From Planctomycetota bacterium (lineage in GTDB: Bacteria; Planctomycetota; GCA-002687715; DRQF01), in assembly GCA_011369445.1 (NCBI GenBank), contig DRQF01000189.1:17626-81625 (forward strand): a stretch of DNA of 64,000 nucleotides, in the 5' to 3' direction. The translations under genes were made by a program, and so were the position numbers. The notes under the pieces were generated by a model. That model was not told the DNA's origin, did no database searches, and saw only the letters and a list, made by a program, of their open reading frames with translations. Shown here in pieces: positions 54,250 through 62,816 of the stretch (position 1 is its first letter; every line of letters begins with the position of its first letter).

Positions 54250-55599
54250 TCAGTAGTCTCTCGCGAGAGAACGGAACTTCATGATGTCGCGCGCGAACTG
54301 AAGACTGATCTTTCCCGTGGGACCGTTGCGCTGCTTGGCGAGAATCAACTCCACCTCTCTCGCTCCGTTGGGAGCCTCCGACCCTTCGTCCCCCTTCTGA
54401 TAGGCGGGATCGTGAAGGAACATGATGAGATCCGCATCCTGCTCGATGGCGCCCGACTCGCGAAGGTCGGACATGCGAGGACGACGATCCTCTTTCTCCG
54501 CGGCGCGATTGATCTGGGACAGGGAGATGATCGGCACCGAGAGATCGCGAGCGAGAGCCTTCAAACCCCGGGAGATCGTGGAAATCTGCTGCTGTCGGTT
54601 CTCCGCCGAAGGGGCCTCCATGAGCTGAAGGTAGTCGATGATGATGCAGTCGATCTGATTCTTGCGCTTCAACCGCCTCGCCTTGCCACGAAGGACCGTC
54701 GGCGAGAGGCCCGGCGTGTCGTCGATGAAGATGGACAGTTCGTGCAACCTGCCCGCCGCATCCAGGATCTTGTTCCACTCGGACTCGCTGAGGTTCCCCC
54801 TCCTCAAGTGATTGGACTTCACCTCGGCCAAAGCGCACAACATGTTCGCAGCGATCTGCTCCTTGGACATCTCCAAGCTGAAGAACGCCACGGATTTCCC
54901 GTGCCGCAGGGCCATGTTCAGGGCGCAATTGATGGCAAAGGTGGTCTTTCCCACGGAAGGACGAGCCGCCAGGATCACGAGATCGCCTCCCTGGAACCCT
55001 CCCGTCTTGTCGTCGAGGTCGTAGAAGTCGGTGCCGCAGCCCGTGATCCGCCCGCGCGTCTTTGCATTCTCCTCCACCATCTTGACGGTGCCATGAAGAA
55101 CGCGACCGATGACCTGGGGTTCGTGGCTGCTGCTGTTCTCCGCGAGATGGAAAATCTCTCTCTCGACGAATTCCAGCAGCTCGTCGGATGTGGCCTCGTG
55201 GCCGTACGCGCGCCGAAGGACATCCGTCGAGATCGAAATCAGACGCCGTCGATTCGACCGATCCTTGACGATGGTCGCGTAGTCCAGAGCGTGCGCCGAA
55301 TTGGGCACGGAATCCACGACCCGCATCAGGGTCTCGACACCCCCCATCTCGTCCAACTGCCCCTGGGAACGCAGACGGTCCTTGACCGTAACGACATCCA
55401 CCGCCCGATTGTCGTCATAGAGGGCCACGATGGCCTCATAGATGGCGCGATGGGCGGAATCGTAGAAATCCCCCGGCTGCAACAGCTCGCTCACCAATCC
55501 CACCGCATCATTGTCGATGAGGATGGAGCCCAAGACGCACGTCTCCGCCTCCAGATTCTGCGGCGGTTTCTTTTCCAAAACGTCGGTGGTCATGGTCAT
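54250..55599 (-). CDS. dnaB: Replicative DNA helicase DnaB (no intein)
   Basis: PPQNLEAETCVLGSILIDN, Walker A ILAARPSVGKTTFA, IIIDYLQLM, LSQINRAAE. Confidence 0.95.
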   Translation of the reverse strand: MTMTTDVLEKKPPQNLEAETCVLGSILIDNDAVGLVSELLQPGDFYDSAHRAIYEAIVALYDDNRAVDVVTVKDRLRSQGQLDEMGGVETLMRVVDSVPNSAHALDYATIVKDRSNRRRLISISTDVLRRAYGHEATSDELLEFVEREIFHLAENSSSHEPQVIGRVLHGTVKMVEENAKTRGRITGCGTDFYDLDDKTGGFQGGDLVILAARPSVGKTTFAINCALNMALRHGKSVAFFSLEMSKEQIAANMLCALAEVKSNHLRRGNLSESEWNKILDAAGRLHELSIFIDDTPGLSPTVLRGKARRLKRKNQIDCIIIDYLQLMEAPSAENRQQQISTISRGLKALARDLSVPIISLSQINRAAEKEDRRPRMSDLRESGAIEQDADLIMFLHDPAYQKGDEGSEAPNGAREVELILAKQRNGPTGKISLQFARDIMKFRSLARDY

Positions 55600-56024
55600 C
55601 AGTCAAACCCTCTTCAATCGGCCGGCACCCTATCACCGGTGGCGGCGACGGTAAGCCCCTGTGGGCGCTTTGTGGATGATCCGCGGCCAAGCCGCGTCGC
55701 GAAGTGGAGCCGGTTCACGGGCTTGCGCCTTCGAGGCCTCGGGTTTTCCACAAACCGACAGGGATTGCGTTCTCGGTAACCAGGGAGCGTAGGGATCGGG
55801 GGGGACGCGCCCGGAGCGGTCATCGGCTCCCGCAGGACCGATGCCCCGCCGAACCTCTCGGGCCGAATCCGGGAGCGCTCATGGGGGTGACAAGCTGTCT
55901 TCTCCCTCGCTGGGTCACCTCCCGCTACCACGGCTTCAGGGAGGGGAGCAGCGTTGCAGAGACGCCCCCCCCTCCGAGGCGCATCCTTGGAGGGAAGAGA
56001 TTGGTCGGGGATGATTGGAAGCTC

Positions 56025-56046
56025 GGGGGGACGAATACGTCCCCCC
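56025..56046 (-). terminator. GC-rich hairpin 10 nt downstream of rplI
   Basis: GGGGGGACG-AATA-CGTCCCCCC (9-bp stem, 4-nt loop). No clear U-tract follows on the minus strand. Confidence 0.4.
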
Positions 56047-56056
56047 CGGTCGTGGA

Positions 56057-56647
56057 TCAGGCTTCGGCGGGTTTGGCCGGCTCGGCCTCGGTGTTCTCGG
56101 ACGCAGGCTCGGCGCCTTCCTCCTCCTCGGAGCCCTCCCCCGCTTCCGCCGCGGCAGCGGCTTCGGCAGCGGCCTGAGCCTCTTCCAGTTCCTCCTCGGT
56201 GGGCTCTGCGGAGACCACGAGAGGGAGTTCGACCTCCACCTCCGAGTGGAGGCGGACGGCGCAGAGATACTCGCCGATGCGCTTGAAGTGACTGCCCAGA
56301 ATCACCTGTTGGGGGCGAATCTCGGTCTCGAGGAGTTCCGCCAGTTTGTCGGCCACGATCTGTTCCGTCACCGAGCCGAAGAGCATGCCGGCTTCGTTGG
56401 CCTTCATTTGGACCTGGAGAGTCACGCCATTCAGTTTCTCGGCAATGAGACGCGAGGACTCGATGTTGGACTTCTCCCGCAACAGGTAGGTCTCCCGTTC
56501 CTTACGAAGCCTCTGTACATTGCCCTCGGTGGGCTTCATGGCGAGTTTCTTGGGCAACAGGTAGTTGCGAGCGTAGCCGTCTTTCACTTCGACGACGTCA
56601 CCCGTCCGTCCCAATCCTCGGATGTTCTCGCTGAGCACGAGTTTCAT
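56057..56647 (-). CDS. rplI: 50S ribosomal protein L9 with acidic C-terminal tail
   Basis: MKLVLSENIRGLGRTGDVVEVKDGYARNYLLPKKLA is the canonical L9 N-terminus. Confidence 0.95.
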   Translation of the reverse strand: MKLVLSENIRGLGRTGDVVEVKDGYARNYLLPKKLAMKPTEGNVQRLRKERETYLLREKSNIESSRLIAEKLNGVTLQVQMKANEAGMLFGSVTEQIVADKLAELLETEIRPQQVILGSHFKRIGEYLCAVRLHSEVEVELPLVVSAEPTEEELEEAQAAAEAAAAAEAGEGSEEEEGAEPASENTEAEPAKPAEA

Positions 56648-56675
56648 AGGTCGCTCCTCGACTGTCTTGGGGGCT

Positions 56676-56963
56676 TCAGCCCACGTAGGGCAACAGGCCC
56701 ATGTAACGCGCCCGCTTGATGGCGATCTTCACCTGCCTTTGGCACTGAGCGCAATAGCCCGAACGCTTGCGGGAGAACATTTTCCCCTGGACGGTCATGC
56801 ACTTCTGGAGGGGTTCCAGGAACTTGTAATCGATGAGTCGGCACTTCTCGTTGGCGCCGGTCACCAGATCCTCCTGGCTACGGCAACAATTGGTGCCACG
56901 CCTCTCGGTGAACTTGCGAAACTTATTCTTTCTCTTCCGAATCTGTGCGGCTCGACTGGCCAT
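56676..56963 (-). CDS. rpsR: 30S ribosomal protein S18
   Basis: IDYKFLEPLQKCMTVQGKMFSRKRSGYCAQCQRQVKIAIKRARYMGLLPY matches S18. Confidence 0.95.
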   Translation of the reverse strand: MASRAAQIRKRKNKFRKFTERRGTNCCRSQEDLVTGANEKCRLIDYKFLEPLQKCMTVQGKMFSRKRSGYCAQCQRQVKIAIKRARYMGLLPYVG

Positions 56964-56995
56964 ATCGAATCTCCTTCAAACGGCAAAAGCCGCGT

Positions 56996-57493
56996 TCAAC
57001 CTTCGCTGCCCTTGTCGTCGCTTCCCCCCTCACCCTCGGGTGCCGAGGGTGTCTCCCCCGCGGTGGCCGCCGCCACGGGCTGCTGACGCGGCGCCGGCCG
57101 GCGATCACGGGAATCGGATCGGCGCCCCGGACGGTCCCGGAAATCCCTCGTCCCGAACTCCGTCTCCAGCTCAGTGGCCGTCATGAAGGGCGGGAAGACT
57201 TTGCCCAGACGAATGATCAGGGCGCGAGAGATGTTCTCGCTCAGCTTCACGTCGCCATGGATCTCATCGATGGCTTCAATGGGCGCCTCGAAATGGGCCA
57301 TGATGTAGGTCCCGCGCTTTTGGCGGTTGATCTCATAGGCCAGCTTGCGCTCGTCCCAGCGACCGATCTTGACCACCTTGGCGCCGTGCTTCTCGAGAAT
57401 CGCCGTGATCTCGTCGATCCCCCGTTGGGGTTCGTTCTTCAGGCGACCATGGTCCAAGAGGAACATGCCTTCATACTTGTTCAAAACCTTCAC
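56996..57493 (-). CDS. rpsF: 30S ribosomal protein S6 with charged C-terminal tail
   Basis: YEGMFLLDH...GRWDERKLAYEINRQKRGTYIMAHFEA is S6-like. The GTG start overlaps the pth stop (GTGA). Confidence 0.9.
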   Translation of the reverse strand: MKVLNKYEGMFLLDHGRLKNEPQRGIDEITAILEKHGAKVVKIGRWDERKLAYEINRQKRGTYIMAHFEAPIEAIDEIHGDVKLSENISRALIIRLGKVFPPFMTATELETEFGTRDFRDRPGRRSDSRDRRPAPRQQPVAAATAGETPSAPEGEGGSDDKGSEG

Positions 57494-58110
57494 TCCCGTC
57501 TTTCGCTCGCCCGATCCCCCCTAGGGGCGGGCGTGCCGTTGTACCGCTGCTTGAGTATCCCGAGGTCCGTCCCCTCGAGAAACTCCAACACGGCTCTGGC
57601 CGCGGCCTCCACGGCCGGAGCCAAGCGTTTCTCTTCGTCGTCCGAGAACCTGCCGAGGACATGGTCCACCAGCGTTCCCTCGGACTCCTTCACCGCTCCC
57701 ACGCCGAGGCGCAGTCGCGGATATGCGACACCACCCACGACTCGTTCCAGATCCCTGAGGCCGTTGTGACCCCCATGGGACCCTTTTTCTCGGATGCGGA
57801 GTCGGCCCACTTCCAAGTTGACGTCGTCGACGCAGGTCAAAACCTGGCAGACGTCGACGTCAGGCTCCTCGAGGAGAACTCTCAGAGCCTCTCCCGAACG
57901 ATTCATGAAGGTGAGAGGCTTGATCAACCTCCCTCCCCCCGGGACAACCGCCTCCATCATGAGAGGCGACGCCTTTCGAAACTCCACCCCGACTTTTCGA
58001 GCCGCGGCATCCAGAACGCGAAAGCCCACGTTGTGGCGCGTTCCAGAGTATTGCATGCCTGGATTCCCAAGTCCGACAACCCAGCGCACGCTCTTCGTCT
58101 TAGTCCTCAC
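57490..58110 (-). CDS. pth: Peptidyl-tRNA hydrolase
   Basis: VVGLGNPGMQYSGTRHNVGF and SHGGHNGLRD are Pth motifs. The start is GTG at 58110 or the in-frame GTG at 58089. Confidence 0.92.
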   Translation of the reverse strand: MRTKTKSVRWVVGLGNPGMQYSGTRHNVGFRVLDAAARKVGVEFRKASPLMMEAVVPGGGRLIKPLTFMNRSGEALRVLLEEPDVDVCQVLTCVDDVNLEVGRLRIREKGSHGGHNGLRDLERVVGGVAYPRLRLGVGAVKESEGTLVDHVLGRFSDDEEKRLAPAVEAAARAVLEFLEGTDLGILKQRYNGTPAPRGDRASERRE

Positions 58111-58738
58111 CCTCGGGGGTCTTACGACCGATGAGCTCCGGCTCCGAGGGGCCTTCCTCGGCCCCCTCCTCGGTCTCGTCCTCGATGTCGCGATGGACCT
58201 TCATGTGATTGATCACCACGATGTCGTCTTCGTGGCAGCCGTAGGGCTTGCAATTCTCCGGCATCTCGAGATCGCCGACGGTGATCGATTGGCCGATCTC
58301 CAACTTACTCAGATTCACCGTGAAAGCATCGGGAATCTCGAGGGGGAGGCATTCCAGCTGAATGTCTTCCATGAGCTTCTCGACCAAGCTCCCCGAGATC
58401 GATGGGGCCGTCCCGATGAACCGGATGGGCACGTAGACGTGGACGGGCTTTTCCCTGTCGACGCGTTGCAGGTCCGCATGGAGGATCTCCGAACCGATGG
58501 CGTCGTATTGAATGTCCTTCACCAAGGCCGCCTGCGTCTTCCCCGACAAGGTCAGGTCGACGATATGAACCCCCTGATCCAAGAGTTTCTGGATCTCGCG
58601 AGCATTCGCGCAAAGGAGACGCACCTGACGACCCAAGCCGTAGAGGTTCATGGGCACCACGCCCTGCTTGCGCATGCGGCGGCACGCAGCCGTCCCCGTG
58701 TGCGTCCGTTCTTCCACCTTGAGAGCGACACTCTTCAT
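58100..58738 (-). CDS. rplY: 50S ribosomal protein L25 / general stress protein Ctc
   Basis: RTHTGTAACRRMRKQGVVPMNLYG...VKDIQYDAIGSEILHADLQRV is L25/Ctc-like. Has the acidic C-terminal tail typical of the long Ctc form. Confidence 0.9.
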   Translation of the reverse strand: MKSVALKVEERTHTGTAACRRMRKQGVVPMNLYGLGRQVRLLCANAREIQKLLDQGVHIVDLTLSGKTQAALVKDIQYDAIGSEILHADLQRVDREKPVHVYVPIRFIGTAPSISGSLVEKLMEDIQLECLPLEIPDAFTVNLSKLEIGQSITVGDLEMPENCKPYGCHEDDIVVINHMKVHRDIEDETEEGAEEGPSEPELIGRKTPEGED

Positions 58739-58749
58739 CGTCTACTTCT

Positions 58750-60084
58750 CTACTGGCCCGCTTCGCGCTTCGTCTTCGACGAGCGGGTCTTCACGCGTTT
58801 CTTTCCTCGAGGGTCCTCGTCGCTCTCCGATTCGCAGAGCGAGCGAGCGGGAACCCCCACGACCACGTCCCCATCGGACACGTGGTGTTTCGACGGGACG
58901 ACGGCGCCTGCGCCCACGACGGCCTTCGCGCCCACTGTCACAGGGGCCACGAGTATGGCGCCGCTTCCGACGAAAGCGCCGTCCCGGATATCGGTCCGGT
59001 GTTTTTTCCGGCCATCGAAGTTGGCGGTGATCACCCCGGCGCCGATATTGACGCCCCGGCCGACGGTGACGTCGCCCAGGTAGGCAAGATGCAAAGCCAA
59101 GCTGCCGGAACCAAGGGTGGAATTCTTCACTTCCACGAAGTTACCCACTCTGGCGCCGTCTTCGATGACCGTTCCCGCTCGCAGATGGGCGAAGGGGCCT
59201 ATGCTGCAGCGGGCGCCGATGCTAACACCGCCCAAAATCACGGAAAAGGGCCAGATCACGGTCCCGGGACCGATCGTAACCCCTTGTGCCACAAAGGTTG
59301 ACGCCGCATCCACCAGCTCCACGCCCTTCGCGGCCAATTCCTGGGCGATGCGGCGCTTGAGGATCGCCTGCGCGTTCAACAGTTCCGCCGGCGTATTGAT
59401 GCCCATGGCCTCGTCGGGATCGTCCAGCAGGAGCGTGTGGACCTTCCGGCCCTCCGCCGCCAGATTCTTGATCACGTCCGGAAGATAGGACTCCCCGGAT
59501 TCGGCGTGCCGACGGATGCGCTTCAATCCGTCAAAGAGCGCCGCGTTGCGGAAAACGTAGAGACCGGCGTTGATCTCCAAGATCGCCTTTTGTGCGGAAT
59601 CGGCCTCGCGAGCCTCCACGATTCCGGTGAAACGGCCCCGCCCGTCCCGCAAGACCCGGCCAAGGCTCCCGGGCTCGTCGACGACCGCCGTGAGGAGACT
59701 CGCTTCGGCACGGCGTCGGCGATGCTGAGCCAAAAGGGACTTCAGGGTTTCCGGCCGGATCAGCGGCACATCGCCGGAGAGGACCATCACGGCGCCCGAG
59801 CGGCCGGCGAGAAGCCGCCGCGTCCGCGCGACGGCGTGCCCCGTTCCCAGTTGCCGGGTCTGGGTCACAAAGCGGACCGGGCGGCCCTTCAACGCCGCTT
59901 TGACGGCATCCCGTCCGTGCCCGACGATGACGACGATCTCCCGCGGACGCATGGCCTCCGCCGCGTCCAGAACATGGTGGATCAAAGGCCGTCCGTGGAG
60001 GGAGTGCAGAACCTTGGGGATGTCGCTTTGCATCCGAGTACCGCGACCGGCGGCGAGGATGACGATATCGAGGTCAGTGGACAC
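58750..60084 (-). CDS. glmU: Bifunctional UDP-N-acetylglucosamine pyrophosphorylase / glucosamine-1-phosphate N-acetyltransferase
   Basis: The GTG at 60084 gives (M)STDLDIVILAAGRGTRMQSDIPKVLH. C-terminal hexapeptide-repeat domain. The listed ORF start at 60267 runs through a tRNA-Gln gene and a terminator hairpin, so I rejected it. Confidence 0.9.
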   Translation of the reverse strand: MSTDLDIVILAAGRGTRMQSDIPKVLHSLHGRPLIHHVLDAAEAMRPREIVVIVGHGRDAVKAALKGRPVRFVTQTRQLGTGHAVARTRRLLAGRSGAVMVLSGDVPLIRPETLKSLLAQHRRRRAEASLLTAVVDEPGSLGRVLRDGRGRFTGIVEAREADSAQKAILEINAGLYVFRNAALFDGLKRIRRHAESGESYLPDVIKNLAAEGRKVHTLLLDDPDEAMGINTPAELLNAQAILKRRIAQELAAKGVELVDAASTFVAQGVTIGPGTVIWPFSVILGGVSIGARCSIGPFAHLRAGTVIEDGARVGNFVEVKNSTLGSGSLALHLAYLGDVTVGRGVNIGAGVITANFDGRKKHRTDIRDGAFVGSGAILVAPVTVGAKAVVGAGAVVPSKHHVSDGDVVVGVPARSLCESESDEDPRGKKRVKTRSSKTKREAGQ

Positions 60085-60116
60085 GGCGTGATTCCCATGG
60101 TGACGGGACGGATGGA

Positions 60117-60148
60117 AAAGCCCCGGGCCCCTTGGAGCCCGGGGCTTT
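60117..60148 (-). terminator. Intrinsic terminator hairpin after the tRNA-Gln pair
   Basis: 12-bp stem AAAGCCCCGGGC / GCCCGGGGCTTT with an 8-nt loop. On the minus strand the 3' arm runs into CTTTTCC. It lies 6 nt after the tRNA 3' end and 32 nt before the glmU start. Confidence 0.65.
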
Positions 60149-60154
60149 CCCGGA

Positions 60155-60226
60155 TTGCCCGACCAGGATTTGAACCTGGAATGAGGGAACCAGAATCCCC
60201 AGTGTTGCCAATTACACCATCGGGCA
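60155..60226 (-). tRNA. tRNA-Gln (anticodon CTG)
   Basis: Hand-folded: TGCCCGA-TG-GTGT-AATTGGCA-ACAC-T-GGGGA-TTCTGGT-TCCCT-CATT-CCAGG-TTCAAAT-CCTGG-TCGGGCA-A. Confidence 0.9.
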
Positions 60227-60268
60227 GTGAGCGGAGCCACTTTGACCGGGCTCCGGAGCTCTTTCAAG

Positions 60269-60340
60269 TAACCCGGCCAGGACTTGAACCTGGAACGAGA
60301 GGACCAAAACCTCTTGTGTTACCGATTACACCACCGGGTT
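60269..60340 (-). tRNA. tRNA-Gln (anticodon TTG)
   Basis: Hand-folded: AACCCGG-TG-GTGT-AATCGGTA-ACAC-A-AGAGG-TTTTGGT-CCTCT-CGTT-CCAGG-TTCAAGT-CCTGG-CCGGGTT-A. Confidence 0.9.
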
Positions 60341-60376
60341 AGGTCGAAGGGTTGATAACCCTGGCGGCGCCGACGT

Positions 60377-61630
60377 TCAAGCGCCCCCGTCCATCTCCGC
60401 GGATTCCGCCAATGTTCGCCGCAGAAGATCCAACCCCTGATGGGCCGCTTTCTGCTTCACATCGTGGCGGGACCCGGCGTGGACACGGCGAAGGGTTCTC
60501 TCTCCGCCAGCCCACGCCACAGCCGTCCAGACAAGCCCCACGGGTTTCTCGGCCGACCCTCCCGTGGGTCCCGCAATCCCGGTCGTGGACACGGCGAAAT
60601 CGGCGCCGGTCCGCTCCCTGGCCCCCCGCGCCATGGCGACGGCGGTCTCGAGGCTGACGGCACCGTGGGCCCGAAGAGTCGCACCGGGGACGCCCAGCAG
60701 CGCCTCCTTGGCCTCGTTGGCATAGCACACGAAGTCCGCCAAGAAGACGTCGGAGGCTCCCGGGACCTCGGTGATCAGATGACCGATCTCTCCCCCGGTG
60801 AGCGACTCCGCCACGGCGAGGGTGGCCCCCCGGCGACGGAGCTGTTCCAAGACGACCTCGGCCAGGGACACCTCGCCCTCCCCAAAGACGTGGGCCCCCA
60901 ACCGCTCGCGTATCGCCCGCACGCCGTCCTCGACCAGACGACGCGCCACATCCGGGTCGTCCGACTCGGCCTGGACCCGCAACGTGAGCCGCCCCTGTCC
61001 ACATGTGATGCCGATGAGGGGCTGGCGCCCCCGCTCGAGAAGCGCGCCCAGGCGCACCGCCGCTTCGGACTCAGCGAGCCCCATCGCGTGAACGGTCCGC
61101 TCGACGCGGGCTCCTTTGCCCTCACCGAGGACGTCGAGGACGCCTGCCTCCACCATCCCGCGAAGTTCGGAGGGGACGCCGGGAAGCGCCACGACCCGAA
61201 ACGGTCCCTCTTCGAGAGCGATTCCCGGCGCGAGGCCCACCGGGTTTGGCAGGGCTCGGGTCCCCGCGGGAAGAAAGGCCTCGGGGTAGGGCTGGACCGG
61301 AGCCTCCCGCCCGACCCGTTCCCAAAACGAGGCGATCCATGCTACGGCCTGATCATCGAGTCGAAGGTCTCGACTGAACGCTTCCGCCAGGGCGTGGCGC
61401 GTGAGGTCGTCCCCCGTACTCCCCAGCCCTCCGGACATGACCACCGCGTCGGCCCGCTCTCTCGATTCCCGAAGACACTCCACGAGATCATCCAGGTCGT
61501 CCCCCACGATCTCGATCCGATCCACGTCGTGGCCCCGTTCGTGGAGTCGTCGGGCCAAAAACGCCCCGTTGGCGTCCCGGATGCGGCCATCGATCAACTC
61601 GTCGCCGCTGAGGAGCAAAGTCACGTTCAT
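60377..61630 (-). CDS. cinA: CinA family protein (MoCF-binding domain + nicotinamide-nucleotide amidohydrolase PncC domain)
   Basis: N-terminal LLLSGDELIDGRIRDANGAFLARRL...MSGGLGSTGDDLT. C-terminal LAVAESLTGGEIGHLIT...STTGIAGPTGG. Confidence 0.9.
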   Translation of the reverse strand: MNVTLLLSGDELIDGRIRDANGAFLARRLHERGHDVDRIEIVGDDLDDLVECLRESRERADAVVMSGGLGSTGDDLTRHALAEAFSRDLRLDDQAVAWIASFWERVGREAPVQPYPEAFLPAGTRALPNPVGLAPGIALEEGPFRVVALPGVPSELRGMVEAGVLDVLGEGKGARVERTVHAMGLAESEAAVRLGALLERGRQPLIGITCGQGRLTLRVQAESDDPDVARRLVEDGVRAIRERLGAHVFGEGEVSLAEVVLEQLRRRGATLAVAESLTGGEIGHLITEVPGASDVFLADFVCYANEAKEALLGVPGATLRAHGAVSLETAVAMARGARERTGADFAVSTTGIAGPTGGSAEKPVGLVWTAVAWAGGERTLRRVHAGSRHDVKQKAAHQGLDLLRRTLAESAEMDGGA

Positions 61631-61682
61631 CTCGAGCCTCCGTTCCGGCCCTCGTGGCCCTCATGCATCCCCCGCAGGAGGG

Positions 61683-62750
61683 TCACACGGAGAAGCGGAA
61701 ATTGATGATATCGCCGTCTTGGACGACATACTCCTTTCCTTCGAGGCGCATGATGCCCTGAGCCTTCGCTTCCCGGGGACCACCCGCGGCCACGAAGGCC
61801 TCGTAGGGAGTGATCTCCGCGCGGATGAATCCACGCTGGATGTCGCTGTGGATCTTGCCCGCCGCGGCGTGGGCCGTGTCACCCTTGCGGATCGTCCACG
61901 CGCGCACCTCGTCTTCCCCGACCGTGAAGAAGCAGTGGAGTCCCAAAAGGTCGAACAGTTCCCGAATGACCGTAACGCGAAGAGGCGCCGTGATTCCGAA
62001 GTCCTCCATGAACGCCGTGGCCTCCTCTCCCTCCAACTGAGCGATCTCCGCCTCCAGTCGTCCCCGGAGAGCCACGGCCTTCTCCGCCTTACCCTCGAGA
62101 GCCTTCAGTCCAGAGGACGCCTCCGGGTCGTCGTCATCCCCCACGTTGACAATAGCCATGGTCGGCTTGCGCGTGAGGAAACCGAAACCGGCGAGAACGT
62201 CCTCCATGCCGGAGGAGACCTCCACGTCCGCAAGCCTTTCCCCCTCGTCGATCGCGGCTTGGAGATCCAGGAGCATGGCCAGCTCCTTTTTGTCCTGCTC
62301 CTGCGTGGGGGTGGGCTTCTTGACCGACTTCTCGAGCTTCTCCACCCGGCGCTCGATGATCTCGAGATCGGCCACCTGGAACTCGGTCATCAGGTTCTCC
62401 CAGTCTCTCAGCGGATCGGGCTCGGGGGGATCATGCGGGAAATTGGGGTCCTCGAAATCCCGGAGGACGACCGCCAAGGCCTCCATCTCCCGCATGCCGG
62501 CGAGCAGTTGGGAGCGCCCCTTCACCGCTCCGAGATCGATGCCCGGAAAGTCGTGCATCTCCATGGTGGCGAGGGTGAATTTCTTGGGATTGAAGATATC
62601 CCTGAGCTTTTCCAGACGCTCGTCAGGCACGGTGACGACCCGCTCGACCACCTTGCCGAACTCGGCACCGGAGTCCGCGACTTCGCCCGTCATGGCGCCG
62701 AGAAGAGTGGATTTTCCACTGCCCGGCCATCCGACCAAACCGATCTTCAT
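61683..62750 (-). CDS. ychF: Redox-regulated ATPase YchF
   Basis: P-loop GLVGWPGSGKSTLL. C-terminal TGS-like IHSDIQRGFIRAE...RLEGKEYVVQDGDIINFRFSV. Confidence 0.9.
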   Translation of the reverse strand: MKIGLVGWPGSGKSTLLGAMTGEVADSGAEFGKVVERVVTVPDERLEKLRDIFNPKKFTLATMEMHDFPGIDLGAVKGRSQLLAGMREMEALAVVLRDFEDPNFPHDPPEPDPLRDWENLMTEFQVADLEIIERRVEKLEKSVKKPTPTQEQDKKELAMLLDLQAAIDEGERLADVEVSSGMEDVLAGFGFLTRKPTMAIVNVGDDDDPEASSGLKALEGKAEKAVALRGRLEAEIAQLEGEEATAFMEDFGITAPLRVTVIRELFDLLGLHCFFTVGEDEVRAWTIRKGDTAHAAAGKIHSDIQRGFIRAEITPYEAFVAAGGPREAKAQGIMRLEGKEYVVQDGDIINFRFSV

Positions 62751-62816
62751 GAGTCTCGACCTTTCTTGCGAGGCGGCGGCGCCGAAAAATCAGGCGTCAC
62801 GACGCCACGTCACCAG

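Noticed and set aside
55614-55931. 105-aa minus-strand ORF, and 157-aa plus-strand ORF (55704..56177), in the rplI-dnaB spacer.
   Set aside because: Composition is Arg/Pro/Gly-rich. There is no SD in front of them and no recognisable motif. I treat the region as non-coding (see finding).
60085-60267. 5' extension of the glmU ORF (listed start 60267).
   Set aside because: It runs through tRNA-Gln(CTG) and a strong terminator hairpin. The in-frame GTG at 60084 gives the canonical GlmU N-terminus (LAAGRGTRM about 12 residues in).
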